64,000 nt of DNA, taken from contig CP128819.1 in the NCBI GenBank assembly GCA_051546255.1, positions 1,054,001 through 1,118,000 on the forward strand, in the 5' to 3' direction. Position numbers and translations under genes: made by a program. The DNA comes from Meyerozyma guilliermondii. Taxonomy: Eukaryota. A model generated the notes under the pieces. The model saw nothing but the letters and a program-made list of their open reading frames with translations. It did not search any database and was not told where the DNA came from. This document shows, one piece after another, positions 42,899 to 55,551 of the stretch (its first letter is position 1; each line of letters opens with the position of its first letter).

Positions 42899-44914
42899 AT
42901 GGCCGCGCACCTACATCAATCATCAACATCTCATCGCGTCAACATGAAGCCGGTGCAGCCAAAGTCCGAGCATGACCTCGACGGCATGCATATCAATATG
43001 GATGACATCGACAAGATGATCTCCGAGTCGATTAACGACGAAAACAAAAGAGCTGATCTGGAAGGACCGGCGCAAAAAAGACCTCGATTACAAGAAGGTA
43101 ATTTGGACCTTGAATTTGAAAAGGCGATTGAAGACCATCAACGAGAACTCACAAATCCACCAGAAGAGGCTCAGGGCGATGCTCTGACTGCAGTGCACCA
43201 CGACCCACAAGTTCCCCATGGCCATGACCCCCACCACAATCATGATCATACCCCCCACCATAACCATGACCCCCGATTACATTCTGAAGGTTCACATTCG
43301 GTGGTTGCAGGTACAAGTGATTCCGTAGACGCAGCGGGTTCCGGTGATAACAATGCATCTCTGTCGTCGGTGGTTCATGAGGGCATAACCATACCGGCTG
43401 ATTCCGAATTACTCAATACCAACACGGCATTCGCCGCATACACAGCGCTTTCCAGCTCGCTCCCACCTCTTGCCCTGGTCACCAGTGCTCATTTGGCAGC
43501 GCTTCCGCTTCCGATTGTGGCTCCAGATTATGTTGCTCCTCGGATCCAATTGCTTGTAAATTCGCTTCCTACTCTCGATAATTTGGCTACTCAAATTCTT
43601 CGAATGGTGGCTGTCGGACCGTACCAGAAAGTTGTGGAGCTTGCTTCAAACCCTGATTCTGCGGCGGGAGCGGCTTATCGTGATCTCACCTCACTTTTTG
43701 AATTTACGAAACGATTGTATCTGGAAGAAGATCCGTTTTTATCGGTGGAACACATAGCACCTGGAATGTGGAAAGAAGGCGATCAAACGCCCAATGTCTT
43801 TAAAAACCGCGAGCAAAGTATAGAATCAACGCTCCGCAAAGTCAACTTGGCGACGTTTTTGGTGGCTGCGCTTGGAACCATCGAGGTGGGATTTTTCTAT
43901 CTCAACGAATTCTTTCTCAATGTGTTCTGTCCGCCCCATGGCCTCGATGTGGAAAACCTGATGTCCAACATGTCGGCTGAAAACATGAACTTGCAAACCG
44001 GGGCCAATGGCGATGCTGGACGTCTCCTCAAACCTCAGGCGCAATTGTTCCTCGACCTTAAAACCCAAGCATACATATCGGCGTTGGAAGTTGGCGACCG
44101 ATCGCGCGAGGACATTCTTGACGAGATTCTTCCGGACATGGAACCGGTGCTTCTTGCTTGGCGTAATTCTAGAATGCTTACACCAGTGGAGGCCGATTTT
44201 GTGGCCCGGTGTCGAGCTCGTAAAGACACGCTTCTCAGATACGACGGACATTCTCTTAGTGAGGAATACGACTGGTTTGCGTTTCTTCGTGATCTTTTCG
44301 ACTATGTGGGCAAGAACGTGGGATATGTAGTATGGGGCCGTCGGCGTCGGCCGGCATCGTCGAATTCCGCAGCCGAAAAGAGTCGTCAACAAGATTCTCA
44401 CCGGGTCCATTCTCACGACTACGACTACAACTATACCGGAGAAGCAGGGTCTCACCACAAAAGTGCACCCCCAGCGCCCGCTCGCAACCCTGAACAGTTG
44501 GGCGAAATCGACGAAATCACAAGAAACCTTTTACCGTCGGAAATTCAAGAGCAGCAAATCCACCTTCGATTTAATCCAAATTCAACGGTACGCAATCCTC
44601 AGCGCCGGCCATGGACTCGAGACGAGGAGAAGGCGCTTCGACAAGCGCTTGAGCTCAAGGGTCCTCAATGGCTGACAATTTTGGAATTGTTTGGAGCCGG
44701 TGGAAAAATATCGGAAGCATTGAAAAATAGAAACCAGATGCAACTCAAAGACAAGGCTCGTAACTGGAAGATGTTTTTTTTGAAGACCGGTATGCCGGTT
44801 CCCACGTACTTGCAGAAGGTGACAGGAGATCTTGAACGAGAAGATCGGTCGCGAGAAGCGAAAAGAAGTCGCAGCCGTAAAACCGCTGCTGCACCTGTCC
44901 CCAGTATCAAGTGA
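42899..44914 (+). CDS. TBF1: Telobox Myb-domain factor Tbf1
   Basis: [25 protein letters not shown]...[15 protein letters not shown], and C-terminal [11 protein letters not shown]...[10 protein letters not shown]. Confidence 0.93.
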   Translation: MAAHLHQSSTSHRVNMKPVQPKSEHDLDGMHINMDDIDKMISESINDENKRADLEGPAQKRPRLQEGNLDLEFEKAIEDHQRELTNPPEEAQGDALTAVHHDPQVPHGHDPHHNHDHTPHHNHDPRLHSEGSHSVVAGTSDSVDAAGSGDNNASLSSVVHEGITIPADSELLNTNTAFAAYTALSSSLPPLALVTSAHLAALPLPIVAPDYVAPRIQLLVNSLPTLDNLATQILRMVAVGPYQKVVELASNPDSAAGAAYRDLTSLFEFTKRLYLEEDPFLSVEHIAPGMWKEGDQTPNVFKNREQSIESTLRKVNLATFLVAALGTIEVGFFYLNEFFLNVFCPPHGLDVENLMSNMSAENMNLQTGANGDAGRLLKPQAQLFLDLKTQAYISALEVGDRSREDILDEILPDMEPVLLAWRNSRMLTPVEADFVARCRARKDTLLRYDGHSLSEEYDWFAFLRDLFDYVGKNVGYVVWGRRRRPASSNSAAEKSRQQDSHRVHSHDYDYNYTGEAGSHHKSAPPAPARNPEQLGEIDEITRNLLPSEIQEQQIHLRFNPNSTVRNPQRRPWTRDEEKALRQALELKGPQWLTILELFGAGGKISEALKNRNQMQLKDKARNWKMFFLKTGMPVPTYLQKVTGDLEREDRSREAKRSRSRKTAAAPVPSIK

Positions 44915-45014
44915 TTGCGAGCCCCGCCCAAATTCCTGCAGCCGCTCGGGGAAGTTGAGCCGCACGCTCAGATGTGGTACTTTTGGGATGTCCGTAATTT
45001 TACCACTCAAAACC

Positions 45015-46196
45015 ATGGCGGATTCCATCGAGGAAAAGATCAAAAAGGCCCGCGGCGATGCTCGCATTCTCTATACCGAGCTCGGGAAGTGCCAGCGACG
45101 GGTTCGTGATGGTGACTTGATGAGCGTATGCAAGCAGGTGTCCAGATTGCAACCCAGTGATGTCAATCTTCGGGTTTACAATACGCTTCTGACGCACCGC
45201 GATAAGATAGCGCTGATCCAGTGGAGCGACGATTCGAAAAGTCTCGTATCTGCCTGTCAAGACGGGTATATGTTTGTGTGGGATGCAGTAACCGGATATA
45301 AGACCCAGGCAATTGCGCTTGAAAACAATTGGGTTTTGACATGTGCATATGCACCTAGCGGACGGTTTGTGGCTAGTGCTGGTCTTGACAATGCGTGTAC
45401 GGTTTACGCGGTAGGGAACGATACCATGGAATCGGATTCGGAATTGGGCCATGCCATGTATGGTATTACCCTGCGCGTTCAATCGGTTTTCAAAGGCCAT
45501 ACAGCATACATTTCCGGGTGCCAATTTCTCGCCGACCTGAAAATCGTCACCAGTAGCGGCGACATGACTTGTGCTACCTGGGATGTTGAGCGCGGTCAAC
45601 GAACCTGTGAGTATGTGGATCATCTTGGTGACGTTTTGTGTGTGGCCGCTTTCCGCAGCAGTTTCGAGCTGCAATTTGTCACTGGTCTGTGCGACGGAAC
45701 CGTAAGAGTTTGGGACCCTCGGGTTGCAGCCGCGGCACAGACTTTTGCTGTAGGCAGCGACGTTACTTGTGTGGAGGTATTTCCCGATGGAAATGCGGTG
45801 GTAAGTGGGTCGGATGATGGCGTTGTACGGCTTTTCGACCGGCGTGCCGACAGCGAAATTGCTTCTTATTCTTTGCAGCTGCAACTGCAAGTGCTGGCTC
45901 CGGTAGCGGCTCGCTACAGACGACGGCCCGTCAGTACTGGGTCCGATAATCACAGCTCCAACGACACCCTTGATAGTCCTGGAGTCACATCAGTGGCATT
46001 CAGTCGGTCGGGTCGAGTGCTATATTCGTGCTACGCCGAATACGGCGGGGTGGTTTGGGACACTCTTGGGGGACAGGTGATTGGAGTGATGACGGGTGGA
46101 CACTCGGACCGAATTACAGGAGTGGCAGCGAGCAGAGATGGTGTGGCATTGGCAACGTCTTCATGGGACCACACGGTCAAGATCTGGTCGGCATAG
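45015..46196 (+). CDS. STE4: G-protein beta subunit
   Basis: N-terminal coiled coil, WD40 repeats (WVLTCAYAPSG, SSGDMTCA.WD, DHLGDV, ATSSWD.TVKIW). Confidence 0.92.
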   Translation: MADSIEEKIKKARGDARILYTELGKCQRRVRDGDLMSVCKQVSRLQPSDVNLRVYNTLLTHRDKIALIQWSDDSKSLVSACQDGYMFVWDAVTGYKTQAIALENNWVLTCAYAPSGRFVASAGLDNACTVYAVGNDTMESDSELGHAMYGITLRVQSVFKGHTAYISGCQFLADLKIVTSSGDMTCATWDVERGQRTCEYVDHLGDVLCVAAFRSSFELQFVTGLCDGTVRVWDPRVAAAAQTFAVGSDVTCVEVFPDGNAVVSGSDDGVVRLFDRRADSEIASYSLQLQLQVLAPVAARYRRRPVSTGSDNHSSNDTLDSPGVTSVAFSRSGRVLYSCYAEYGGVVWDTLGGQVIGVMTGGHSDRITGVAASRDGVALATSSWDHTVKIWSA

Positions 46197-47002
46197 ACTT
46201 TAGAATGTATTTTATGGTTGAAGTTGAGTGAACTTTTAAGTACTTGATTCAAGACTCACTCAAGTACTCAAACTTTGGTGTATAATGTACTGGTCCTCGT
46301 CAATTCACGTATCAAAATTAAGGCTGCTATCAAGCTTGAGCTATCTATTTGGTCAACTGAGTATTTATGGCTCATATTCATCTCTTTAGTGGTTTATACT
46401 TTCGGCTGAGAGCTTCTTTTTCTTTACAAATTAAATTGAAGTACCTGGTTTATAGTATTTTTCAGCCGCCAAAAATATATCACTGAACTACATTTAGCTG
46501 CAAGCTGTGTTAACTTCCAAGAAGACCTGACTGTGTTAAATGCATTAATTACGCGCAATAGCTTTCGTACTACTAAACTCCAAAGCAGAAGAGACTAAAA
46601 AATGAAAATTTACTCTTATCAGTATTCATTTCTGAGTAATTTTATACTCTGAAATTTTTTTAGTTACTATCACTACCTTCTCATCTACACTCAAGTACTT
46701 CAGTAACATTCAATAATTTTTTCATCATCTACTAGACTTTCAATACGAAAATTTCAGTTCAATTTTCTCTACTTTTAAATTTCAATACTTCAGAAGTTTC
46801 AATTTATATTTAAACACTTTTCAGGAATCTCCGTACTTTTCATTTCAACCCGATCATATCATCCAGCCATTGGAAACGTTGCTACCAATCCCAGACCTTC
46901 ATCAAAAACTCACACAAGTAGAAATTCTCACATTCACTTTTTCAAGTCTTTCTTCACTTTCTCTTTCTTCACTTTTTCACTTTTTATTCGTTCATTTATT
47001 AG

Positions 47003-47731
47003 CTACTCCACATACCGCCGCACCTTTTCCCACATACTCTTCAACAACAGCTCCGGCAACGTATACAAATCCATAGTGAACTCGCCGTTATCCACGTCGT
47101 TCTTGATGTTCATGTCATTGGTTCTGTTGTCGGTAACCATCTGCACAATCACAATCAAGTCGTCCTCGCCGAGCTTGGTGAGCCCATTGGCAAGTTTCTC
47201 CAAATCTACCGAACCTTTGACGGCTCCAGTGCCGGTTTTCGCTTTTTTCACCTTGCTTCCCATATCGCCGTCATTGCGTCTTTTGCTCAGTTCGATGTTG
47301 TCTGCGTTGGGAACCGGCCCGCTTTCCAACAAGAGCTTATTGAGCGTGGGCGACTTGGTGGTGGGCACAGAAATACTGTGGTCTACAATATACTTTTCTT
47401 GGAGAAAATTGAGATCGTGAGAAAACTTGCGTTCTCCTTGTTTTCCCGCCACTCCAACAAGATGGACGGTAATAGGGATATCGAACTCTCCCCATCCTTG
47501 CTCCTTGACCAAAAATGGTGGCAGTTTTAACGTACGAATGGGATTGGCAAAAGTGGGATGGAGCGAGTAGGTTACACGATCGAGAATATTGGCGGCAATT
47601 TCGTTCCCAGCTTGGTCTAGCATAGTCACCTGGACAGACCACTCACGCATGGGGAAGTTTTCCACCGGCGGAACGTCTTTCATGACGTGTTGCTCCGTGG
47701 TGATTCGGATGGTTCTTTTGACTTCAGACAT
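47003..47731 (-). CDS. TAF14: YEATS-domain protein Taf14
   Basis: VKRTIRI.TEQH, LHPTFANP.R, EQGWGEF, KGSVDLEKLA.GLTKL.EDDL. Confidence 0.95.
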   Translation of the reverse strand: MSEVKRTIRITTEQHVMKDVPPVENFPMREWSVQVTMLDQAGNEIAANILDRVTYSLHPTFANPIRTLKLPPFLVKEQGWGEFDIPITVHLVGVAGKQGERKFSHDLNFLQEKYIVDHSISVPTTKSPTLNKLLLESGPVPNADNIELSKRRNDGDMGSKVKKAKTGTGAVKGSVDLEKLANGLTKLGEDDLIVIVQMVTDNRTNDMNIKNDVDNGEFTMDLYTLPELLLKSMWEKVRRYVE

Positions 47732-48086
47732 GAAGAAGAAATTCGGTGCGAATTCGCGAAAAGGTGAGAGTAGTGGAAACTGGAGAGGAATAAAAAAAGG
47801 AGAGTCAATTGATGTTGTAGAGTATGCTTGTACTTGATTTAGTCATTTTCTTGAGAATATATTGGTATAATACCAAAATATTGTTCGTTTTTGTTCGTTA
47901 TTGTTTCTTGTTTTGTATGGCTTTCTTACTGCTTCTTTGAGCAATTGAGCTAGTTTAGCATCTACCTATTTACATTTACGTTTATCTTATCTCATTTTTG
48001 TCTTTGTTTGCTCTTTGTTGGTTTTTGTTTCTTGGTTCTTTGTTGGCTTATTTGCTTTGGCTCGTTGGCCATGCTTGCTTGTTGGG

Positions 48087-48599
48087 TTACTTCTTCTTAT
48101 CTCCCCAAACCTCCTTGTAAACCCCAGGTACCAACGGTCTCACAAGCTCCATAGACGTGTTCCACTCGCCTACAACCTCCCCAACCATCCCAAACACCTT
48201 CTTCATAGGAACCTCTCCCTCTTGGCTCTGGACCTGCAGACAAAACTGGCGAAGTTTGTCCTGCACCTGCGCCGACGATGCAACTGGAAGCAGCTGCAAG
48301 TACCGCTCAATGATGCCTGCCTCTGCCTGTTCCACCTGAGCAAGGTCGTCTCGGTTCTGACTGGCATATTCACTAGCAGACTGAACTCGCTGCTTGTGCA
48401 TTTTGGAAAGCGTCTTGAAAAGTGCAAATTCGTCCTGTTTCAGACCGTCGATTTCGGCTCCCTTGATGGCTGCAATCACCGACTTGACGGTGTTCTTTTC
48501 CACCGCCTTTTTCTGCATCATGGCGGTCTTAAGATCCCGCTTGAGTGTGTTTAATGTGGCATCGTACGCCGCCGATGACAAAAACCGACGAATCATCAT
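48087..48599 (-). CDS. AIM41: Mitochondrial YqeY/GatB-domain protein
   Basis: LKRDLKTAMMQK...I.AIK.AEID...QR..SA.EY....R.DLA..E..EA.I.E.YL. Confidence 0.85.
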   Translation of the reverse strand: MMIRRFLSSAAYDATLNTLKRDLKTAMMQKKAVEKNTVKSVIAAIKGAEIDGLKQDEFALFKTLSKMHKQRVQSASEYASQNRDDLAQVEQAEAGIIERYLQLLPVASSAQVQDKLRQFCLQVQSQEGEVPMKKVFGMVGEVVGEWNTSMELVRPLVPGVYKEVWGDKKK

Positions 48600-49254
48600 G
48601 TTGGGTAAACTTTTTCGGGTCGCACACTGCACAGAAGAATTGACGCACGGGGACATTTGGCTGCAGGCATCCACAGCGTCTATGTCTACTCATGCGCCGC
48701 AGCCATGCCACCACAGGTAAACTGCTGCCGGTGCGAGTAAATTTATCAATGAGTGGCTTTGTTCTTTTTTGCGCACTTCATTGTATCTCTGGGGTCAGAA
48801 CTGTCATCGGAGAAAGGAAAGGTTTGCCGGTGTGCATACGCACGCTGCCGTGGAACCAAGCAAGGCACCGCTCGCCCTAGGGTGTGTGGTCTAGAATCAT
48901 CACTTTCATGTAGTCAATGGTATAGTCGCGGTACCGATGTAAGCGAGACGAAACGAGATTTTGACATCGTTGCGAACCCGATATCTTTTATCAGCCGGAT
49001 GCGCACTAAATTGCGCATGTGGGATGCTGCACCGAAGGGGCTGCCGGTTGTGAACCACGGCTAATTTTAATCCTTAATTAACGGCGCGGTGCCCTTCCTT
49101 AAACGGTCTAGGCGCAAAATACTGCACGATCTGAGCAGGCTTATGCACGTCTCAGGACGTAACCTGCGTTGACAGGCGCAAATGCTGCTCCCTTCAAAAA
49201 TTACGACCCAACGTATATATAGAAGGGTTGGGCCTCATCCTTTTCTTCCGTCTC

Positions 49255-51387
49255 ATGCTAAATTATCTTCTGCACAAGACAACTCAAGAAAGGCACCTGC
49301 CACGCCGACACCATCCAGTCGATCTTGTCACCCCTAGAACCGTGCCCATGAACGTGGGGTTGACTCTGTTGCCGGAGGAGCACCAATGGTTATGCACGTT
49401 CAACGACCGTTTATCCCACGTCAACGGTAACGGGCGCATTCTCAAGATTGCATCGGTGGACCATTTAAATGAGTTGCTCGCCTATTATTATGGCCGAGAA
49501 AACTCGCTCATTCCGGCGTCTTCAGCATTTCCGTACTTGCACGGACTCCACAACAAATCACAACGACTCTTCTTCGAGTCGTACGCAAGCCCTCAGGATC
49601 TGTTAAGGCTTGCTTCGTACGCCCATTATCCGAAAAAGCCGCAAATCCGAAACCACAGCCACTTTTCCTTGATGGCTGTGGATGCTGCAAGGTCCTCGGT
49701 TCCCAAAATTATCAATGCTTCGTATCTCGACGACGTTTTAACACCAAAGGAAAATCATTTTTTGGAGGATGATGATGACGATGGCCACTTTGAGTACGCA
49801 GAGTGCGAGCATTTGAACGTGGCCAAAGCATCGTCGCTCGAAGGAATCAACAATCGCAACCTTGCAGGACAAGTAAAAATTGCTGCTTCCTTGTCACATT
49901 TCCTCGTGTTCAGCAACGACATGGATTGGGACCGCAACATCAAAGCTGCCACTGAGCTTCAGGCACTGGCGCAGCAGGATAAATTGGTGTATATCGTGGA
50001 CTTTCCAGTGGAAGAATGGGACCAACTTGGTGCTGGTTTCTTGAACGACACCAAACCCACCGAGTTTCCCAAACTCCTTCAGTGGGAGCAGAATTCGATC
50101 TGGAAATTGAACTCGATCAAGTGGGCGTATCCGGGTATATGTCTCGGCACATTGACCGATTTCTCATATCTCAGTCGAACCTCGAAACACAACTTTCGAG
50201 TCTATATCAACTGTCACGAAAAGGCTCAGTTTCCCAATCCCCAGTCGCTCGATAAAGCCTTTGCCGATATCCGCAGCTCGCTGGCGTGCAATCCATTGTA
50301 CATTGAGTTCCCAAGCTCAGGTATAGTCATGGCGGGCTCATTAACGGACTCTGAGTCGCTCAGCATGCTCAAAGTTTTGCAACTAGTACGATATTTCATC
50401 AAAGTGAGAAAACAGGACATTTTTGTGTTTTGCGTCGACGGGTTTTCTGGTTTGTCCATGTTCACCATTGCGTTGGGTTTGTTCAATTTGAATGCAAACA
50501 TCAGTGTGGAAGAGGTCATTTTGAAATTGTTGGGCAACAAGAACAAGACGTGTGCCGGTAGAGACGATCTTCGGCTCTATTACTATCGCCATGATTTTGC
50601 GTTTTTGAAGCAATTTAACCCGTACATTCAAGCGGCCAAGAATATACCATTGGATTCAGAAACGCTAATTGATGAAATTCCCAAACCCACCATCGTTTCC
50701 ACTGCACCAGATGTTGACTGGTTCAATATTAGAGAAGATAACAACTTTCCATCCAAAATTATCGACAATATCCACCTTGGGTCGCATGCCCAGGCTTCTT
50801 CTATCACCATATTGAGATCAATTGGAATCACCAAGATTGTGTCTATGGGGGAACGACCCCGGTGGTTTTCAAAGTTACACATCAAGTTTGATTTTGATGT
50901 CCGGGACTCGGATTTGCCGGTGGTTTCGCCAGTGTACCAGTACGATGGATGTTCGGTTTACATCATCAACATTGCCAAACAAAACCGGCTCGCCGAGTAT
51001 CCCGAACTCGAAACCATCGTGTACGTCCACAAGCTTCACGACGACGGCCGAGACTCACTTTGGCCGTTGCTTGTGGGACCGGAAGAAGTTCAAACTGCCC
51101 TCTTTGGACCGGAACTGAATTGTCCATCCACCCTTGTTCATTGTCGAATTGGCGTCTCACGGTCGGCATCGGTGGTGATTGCCCGGCTCATGAAGTACAA
51201 CCGGATGTCATTCATCAGTGCCTACATGTTTGTTCGGGTTCGTCGGTTGAATATCATTATCCAGCCAAATCTTCGATTTCTCTACGAGTTGTTTTTATAC
51301 GAAGAACATTTGCACCTTACCCGAGGAGATTGCTGGTGGACTCTCTGCCACGAAATCGACAAGTTGAATCGTCATTATATTAGATAG
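49255..51387 (+). CDS. PPS1: Dual-specificity protein phosphatase Pps1-like
   Basis: FPYLHGLH, C.DG pseudo-domain, HCRIGVSRSAS active site, VRVRRLNIIIQPNLRFLYEL. Confidence 0.88.
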   Translation: MLNYLLHKTTQERHLPRRHHPVDLVTPRTVPMNVGLTLLPEEHQWLCTFNDRLSHVNGNGRILKIASVDHLNELLAYYYGRENSLIPASSAFPYLHGLHNKSQRLFFESYASPQDLLRLASYAHYPKKPQIRNHSHFSLMAVDAARSSVPKIINASYLDDVLTPKENHFLEDDDDDGHFEYAECEHLNVAKASSLEGINNRNLAGQVKIAASLSHFLVFSNDMDWDRNIKAATELQALAQQDKLVYIVDFPVEEWDQLGAGFLNDTKPTEFPKLLQWEQNSIWKLNSIKWAYPGICLGTLTDFSYLSRTSKHNFRVYINCHEKAQFPNPQSLDKAFADIRSSLACNPLYIEFPSSGIVMAGSLTDSESLSMLKVLQLVRYFIKVRKQDIFVFCVDGFSGLSMFTIALGLFNLNANISVEEVILKLLGNKNKTCAGRDDLRLYYYRHDFAFLKQFNPYIQAAKNIPLDSETLIDEIPKPTIVSTAPDVDWFNIREDNNFPSKIIDNIHLGSHAQASSITILRSIGITKIVSMGERPRWFSKLHIKFDFDVRDSDLPVVSPVYQYDGCSVYIINIAKQNRLAEYPELETIVYVHKLHDDGRDSLWPLLVGPEEVQTALFGPELNCPSTLVHCRIGVSRSASVVIARLMKYNRMSFISAYMFVRVRRLNIIIQPNLRFLYELFLYEEHLHLTRGDCWWTLCHEIDKLNRHYIR

Positions 51388-51394
51388 GCGTTAT

Positions 51395-51976
51395 TTATTT
51401 TTTGCACCACAAGGAATAATTGTAGGAGAAATCGCCCTCTTTTATAGTTGAGTCGGTGGCGTCAATCCCCGTAAATTGGATAAGTTGCAGATGTGGACTG
51501 CGGGTCCATGCTTCACGCGGGAAATGTAAAAATCTATCCATCGGTATAGTTGCGTCATAATTGGCAGACACCTCCGTTAAAAGGAGATGTGAAATCCGAG
51601 GGTCATTAATCACCTGATTGTATATTTCAGCGCCGCCAATGACAAATATTTTATTGATATCGTGACGTTTTTGGAGGAACTCTAACGCGGTATCAAAAGA
51701 ATTACCCCAAAACACGTCATTTTCCTCCAAATTCGGATTGCTACGCGACAACACCACATTAATCCGGTTGGGTAAAGGTCTAAACCGAGGGGGGATCGAC
51801 TCCCAGGTACGTCGACCCATGATCACTGCATTGATGGATCCGTCAGGTGCGTTTGACGTGACGTCGCGGAAATACTTGATTTCCTGTTTGAGGCGCCATG
51901 GAAGGGCACCACCAAAGCCTATTCCGAGGTCTGGTAGCAACGCCGCAACTATCAACGCTATAGGAGGTTGACGCAT
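51395..51976 (-). CDS. DFR1: Dihydrofolate reductase
   Basis: GIG..G.LPWRLKQEIKYF, NAVIMGR.TWESIP.RFRPLPNRINVVLSR, VIGGAEIY. Confidence 0.97.
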   Translation of the reverse strand: MRQPPIALIVAALLPDLGIGFGGALPWRLKQEIKYFRDVTSNAPDGSINAVIMGRRTWESIPPRFRPLPNRINVVLSRSNPNLEENDVFWGNSFDTALEFLQKRHDINKIFVIGGAEIYNQVINDPRISHLLLTEVSANYDATIPMDRFLHFPREAWTRSPHLQLIQFTGIDATDSTIKEGDFSYNYSLWCKK

Positions 51977-52097
51977 GAAGGCGCGGGGCAAAAGATGATT
52001 CAAATAAATGCGCGCTCGATGCCACACCAGCCGCATCGCAGCCGCGGCTCAAAATAAACATCAATACTATACATATGATACACTAATGTACACAGGT

Positions 52098-52893
52098 TCA
52101 CTTTCTGGCTTTAGGCTTGGTGACCTTTCCGCTCTTGGCAGCAGCCTTTGCGGTCTTTGGCTTCACAACTTTGGCAGCCTTTGTAGCTTTCGCTTTCGTG
52201 ACTGGTTTGGTAACTTTCGCTGCGGGTTTCTTAGTTTCTTTCTTAGTCTCTTTCTTCACAGGCTTTGCATTCTTTGCAGTCTTGGTCTTCTTTTCCGTCT
52301 TCACAGCCTTCGTCTTCTCCGCCTTTGGTTTTGTCGCCTTTGTCTTTTCCGCCTTCTTCTCTGTCTTTGGTTTCGCCTTGGTAGTCTTGGTGGTCTTCGC
52401 GACTTTCTTGGTAGCAGCCTTTGGCTTCACCGACTTTACCGTTGGTGGCTTTGCCTTGATAGCCTTAACAGCCTTCTCCTTCTTTGCCGTGGTAGCCTTC
52501 TTGGGCTTCTCTGGTTTAGTGACCTTGGCGGTCTTGGCAGCAACCAGTTTCTTTGCCATTTTCACGGGACCAGAAGCGCCCTTTGGTTGAAGGAAATCAC
52601 CAGTATCAACACCTTTTCTCAACGCAATATTAAAGAGCGAATCAAAGTTGTGGGCCGTGATGTTGAAGTTTGTTTGCACGTACTTCTTTAAAGCTTGACG
52701 ACTAATGTTAGTTTTTTTTGGACAACCATAAAAATGTACTTACGAGGACCCTGCTCGTTCCTTGAGGGAAACAATAGCAGCTTGGATCATTTCTGAGTTA
52801 GTATAAATAATTACAAATTCAAGTGTATTACATACCTTTATAGGTGAGTTTGGAGGTGGCAGGAGCCAGGGATTTCGTTTTAGTAGCAGCCAT
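52098..52893 (-). CDS. HHO1: Histone H1, three exons (52836-52893, 52744-52792, 52098-52701)
   Basis: Introns GTATGT..TACTAACTCAG (52793-52835) and GTAAGT..AACTAACATTAG (52702-52743). Spliced frame is 711 nt and reads TYKEMIQAAIVSLKERAGSSRQALKKYV...QPKGASGPVK plus a Lys/Ala tail. Confidence 0.92.
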
Positions 52894-53367
52894 TGATGTT
52901 GTTTTCGAGTTGTGTTTTGAAATGAATTTAAAAACTGCGGGTGCGAAAAGCGTGATCGAAAACAGAAAAGATAACGACGCGGCCATTTATATAGTGGGAG
53001 GCGTGTTTTGCCATCAGGTTGATGACCGATGGTACGAGTTATGCAGCTATTGCTGCAGACGACCGTATTGGCTACCGTTGGTCGGAATTGAGTTTTGTAG
53101 ATTTTGCGAATTTCTGCATATTCACGATTTGCAGCTGCGATGCAAGAGTACAACCTGCTTGTTGTAAAAAAATATTTAACATACCATTCAAATGCTAAAT
53201 GCTAATTGCTAAATGACACCATTGACACTATTGACGCAATCGACTCTCATTGACTCTTCATTGAATTTCTCACTTATATATTCCTGCTACAATTGATTCC
53301 GTTTTGATTTACGTATGTCTGCATTGTGTCTGCATCATATGTCTTACATATGCTATTTACTGATGCT

Positions 53368-54132
53368 TTATGGACAAATTTCGGTCTCTACCCACATTCC
53401 GTCCTCCCTTTCGCATACGTATCGCCGGTCTCTGTCGAGTTCCACCACATCCACTTTGTCGACAAACATGGCAATAACGGCAAAATTCTTCAATCCGGAA
53501 TCCTCCTTTTTACCATCAACCCCTCGGCGAATCGAATCAATAACCCTCCGGTTTTCATCTGTAATTTCCGAACCCGGGGGTGGTTTACGGAACGTTGACC
53601 GCAATGCCGGTGATAATGCATCCCATTGGCGCCGCACCTCCTGATTCCATTCTTGGCGAGTTGGAGGCTGCAAGTCGACCACGTTGAGTTCATTCAAGTT
53701 GGTGTATGACGAATCGGGACGCTGTGACCGTACCGCAGATGGTGACAATACCGTATATGGCAACATGCGACTATCTGGTTCATTATCATCGATCTTTGGT
53801 GCATCACAGGCCGGAATATGATCATCATCAATGATCTTTGCATGACCCCTGAACCGGAATTGTCTTTTGATGCCAGCAAAATAGAATACCGCTTCGAATC
53901 GGTCATTGTGAAGCAATTCCGAATACTTGCTCATACGTTTATCGGTGGTGGCGATAAGCACGTTTGTATTGCGGTCATTGAACAAGAACCCTCGGAATAT
54001 CAAAGTTCTAGTCCTCGGATATCCATCATTTCCGATGGTAGCAAGTTGAAATGCGGTAAATGGTGGCGAGTTCCCGGATTTATTTTTTTCGGCATCGATC
54101 AGATTCGTAAACGGTGGCACCCATGATGCCAT
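53368..54132 (-). CDS. Pyridoxamine 5'-phosphate oxidase-like FMN-binding protein (YGR017W-like)
   Basis: MASWVPPF, FQLAT...PR.RT..FRGFLF, TTDKRM.K, EAVFYF...RQFRFRG. Confidence 0.85.
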   Translation of the reverse strand: MASWVPPFTNLIDAEKNKSGNSPPFTAFQLATIGNDGYPRTRTLIFRGFLFNDRNTNVLIATTDKRMSKYSELLHNDRFEAVFYFAGIKRQFRFRGHAKIIDDDHIPACDAPKIDDNEPDSRMLPYTVLSPSAVRSQRPDSSYTNLNELNVVDLQPPTRQEWNQEVRRQWDALSPALRSTFRKPPPGSEITDENRRVIDSIRRGVDGKKEDSGLKNFAVIAMFVDKVDVVELDRDRRYVCEREDGMWVETEICP

Positions 54133-55468
54133 ATTGTGGAACTGAAGCATTACTGCCCTATTTGCCTGCCTGCAGATGTAGCGACAGAACCGGATTTGAT
54201 TGTACCGAATCAATGGTCGGCCGACCTCATCGCGGTGTGCGCACGTGGATGCGGCACCAGAGCGGGTAATAAACGTGAGGTGCAGAATGGTTGCAAAGTA
54301 TCTCTCAATAAAAGGACATTTGAATCCACTTTTAATCCAACTCTAAAAGCACTCTCAAAAAATAGGTAAAATTTGAAACTGATTTTTTTGGAAATAAAGC
54401 ACAATATCTCTTACCGTATTCGCCTGAAATAAAGGATTTGAAGTATTATGCTGATCTGACCTCATATACGCTATCAGAAAGCCGTATGTTCAGACAGAGT
54501 GTTCATTGTGGTCTTTAGTAATCAATAAACCTGTTTGGTGTTCATACCAAATTGATCTGATTAGTGGTCTTACCTAATTGGTCTAATTTGATGGTCTTAC
54601 TTGATCTGGCAATTGCTCGTCTTTCATATTCAATTGTTACTGCTATTGGTCAACTGACACAACTCTCTATGGCTGGATATCATTGTGGTTATTTTCGAGA
54701 AAAAGTTTGGAATGAACGACATAGTTCATAAACAAGTTTATAATGATCAAAAATGATTCGTCATCAAAAGGTCATTTCAATGGACTCGTTTTATCTTTCA
54801 ATGACTGCAAAACTGTGTCTCTATCTTCCATTCTAGCTTGCAGCCAAAACAGAAACCAAACTTTGTGTTCTGAAAGTCAATTTTTGTTGAGCTTTGCTTT
54901 TTAAATGGGTTAAAGAGCTCCACTGTGATTTCAGCAAGCGGCTATCACTCAAAGCATATACACCTTGTCATATGAGTGTTGTGGATACTAGAAGTCTTTT
55001 TTTTTGCACAACTGACTAATGAAGGCCATCTCGATTTTCACTATCAGAACTTATAGCATTATCTTCTACCCTTGGATAACACTTTTTTTCTGGTCCAAAT
55101 CAATGAATTTTCGGAAGCGACCAGACATACTCTTTAAAAGCTCATTGACAAGTAATTACTACTAGCAATTCAAGCTACACTTTCCATCTTCCGTCGTATC
55201 ACGTGACTTTGATACATAGACAGCTAAAGAAACCTAAAGCTGCAAATGGTTCTAGTAGCATACTAGAATGGAAAGAGCTAAAAAGCTGCTATAATTCACA
55301 TGTATGAGTAGGAAACACGCTCATTTGGGTCGATAATTTAAAAAATGTTATTGTTGGAAAATTCAAAAAAGTTGTTTATGGCCCTTAACTCTCCAATGCA
55401 CAGCTCCAGTAGACAGCCTAGTGTCAGGGATATATAGGAGCGGTATTCGAGGAAACACCCAGGAATTG

Positions 55469-55551
55469 GGTACTCTGGCCGAGTTGGTCTAAGGCGCCAG
55501 GGTAAGGTCCTGGTCTCTTCGGAGGCGCGAGTTCGAATCTCGCGGGTATCA
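55469..55551 (+). tRNA. tRNA-Leu(AAG)
   Basis: Acceptor GGTACTC/GGGTATC-A, A box TGGCCGAGTTGG, anticodon stem CCAGG/CCTGG with loop GT-AAG-GT, long variable arm, T loop GTTCGAATC, T-tract downstream. Confidence 0.95.
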
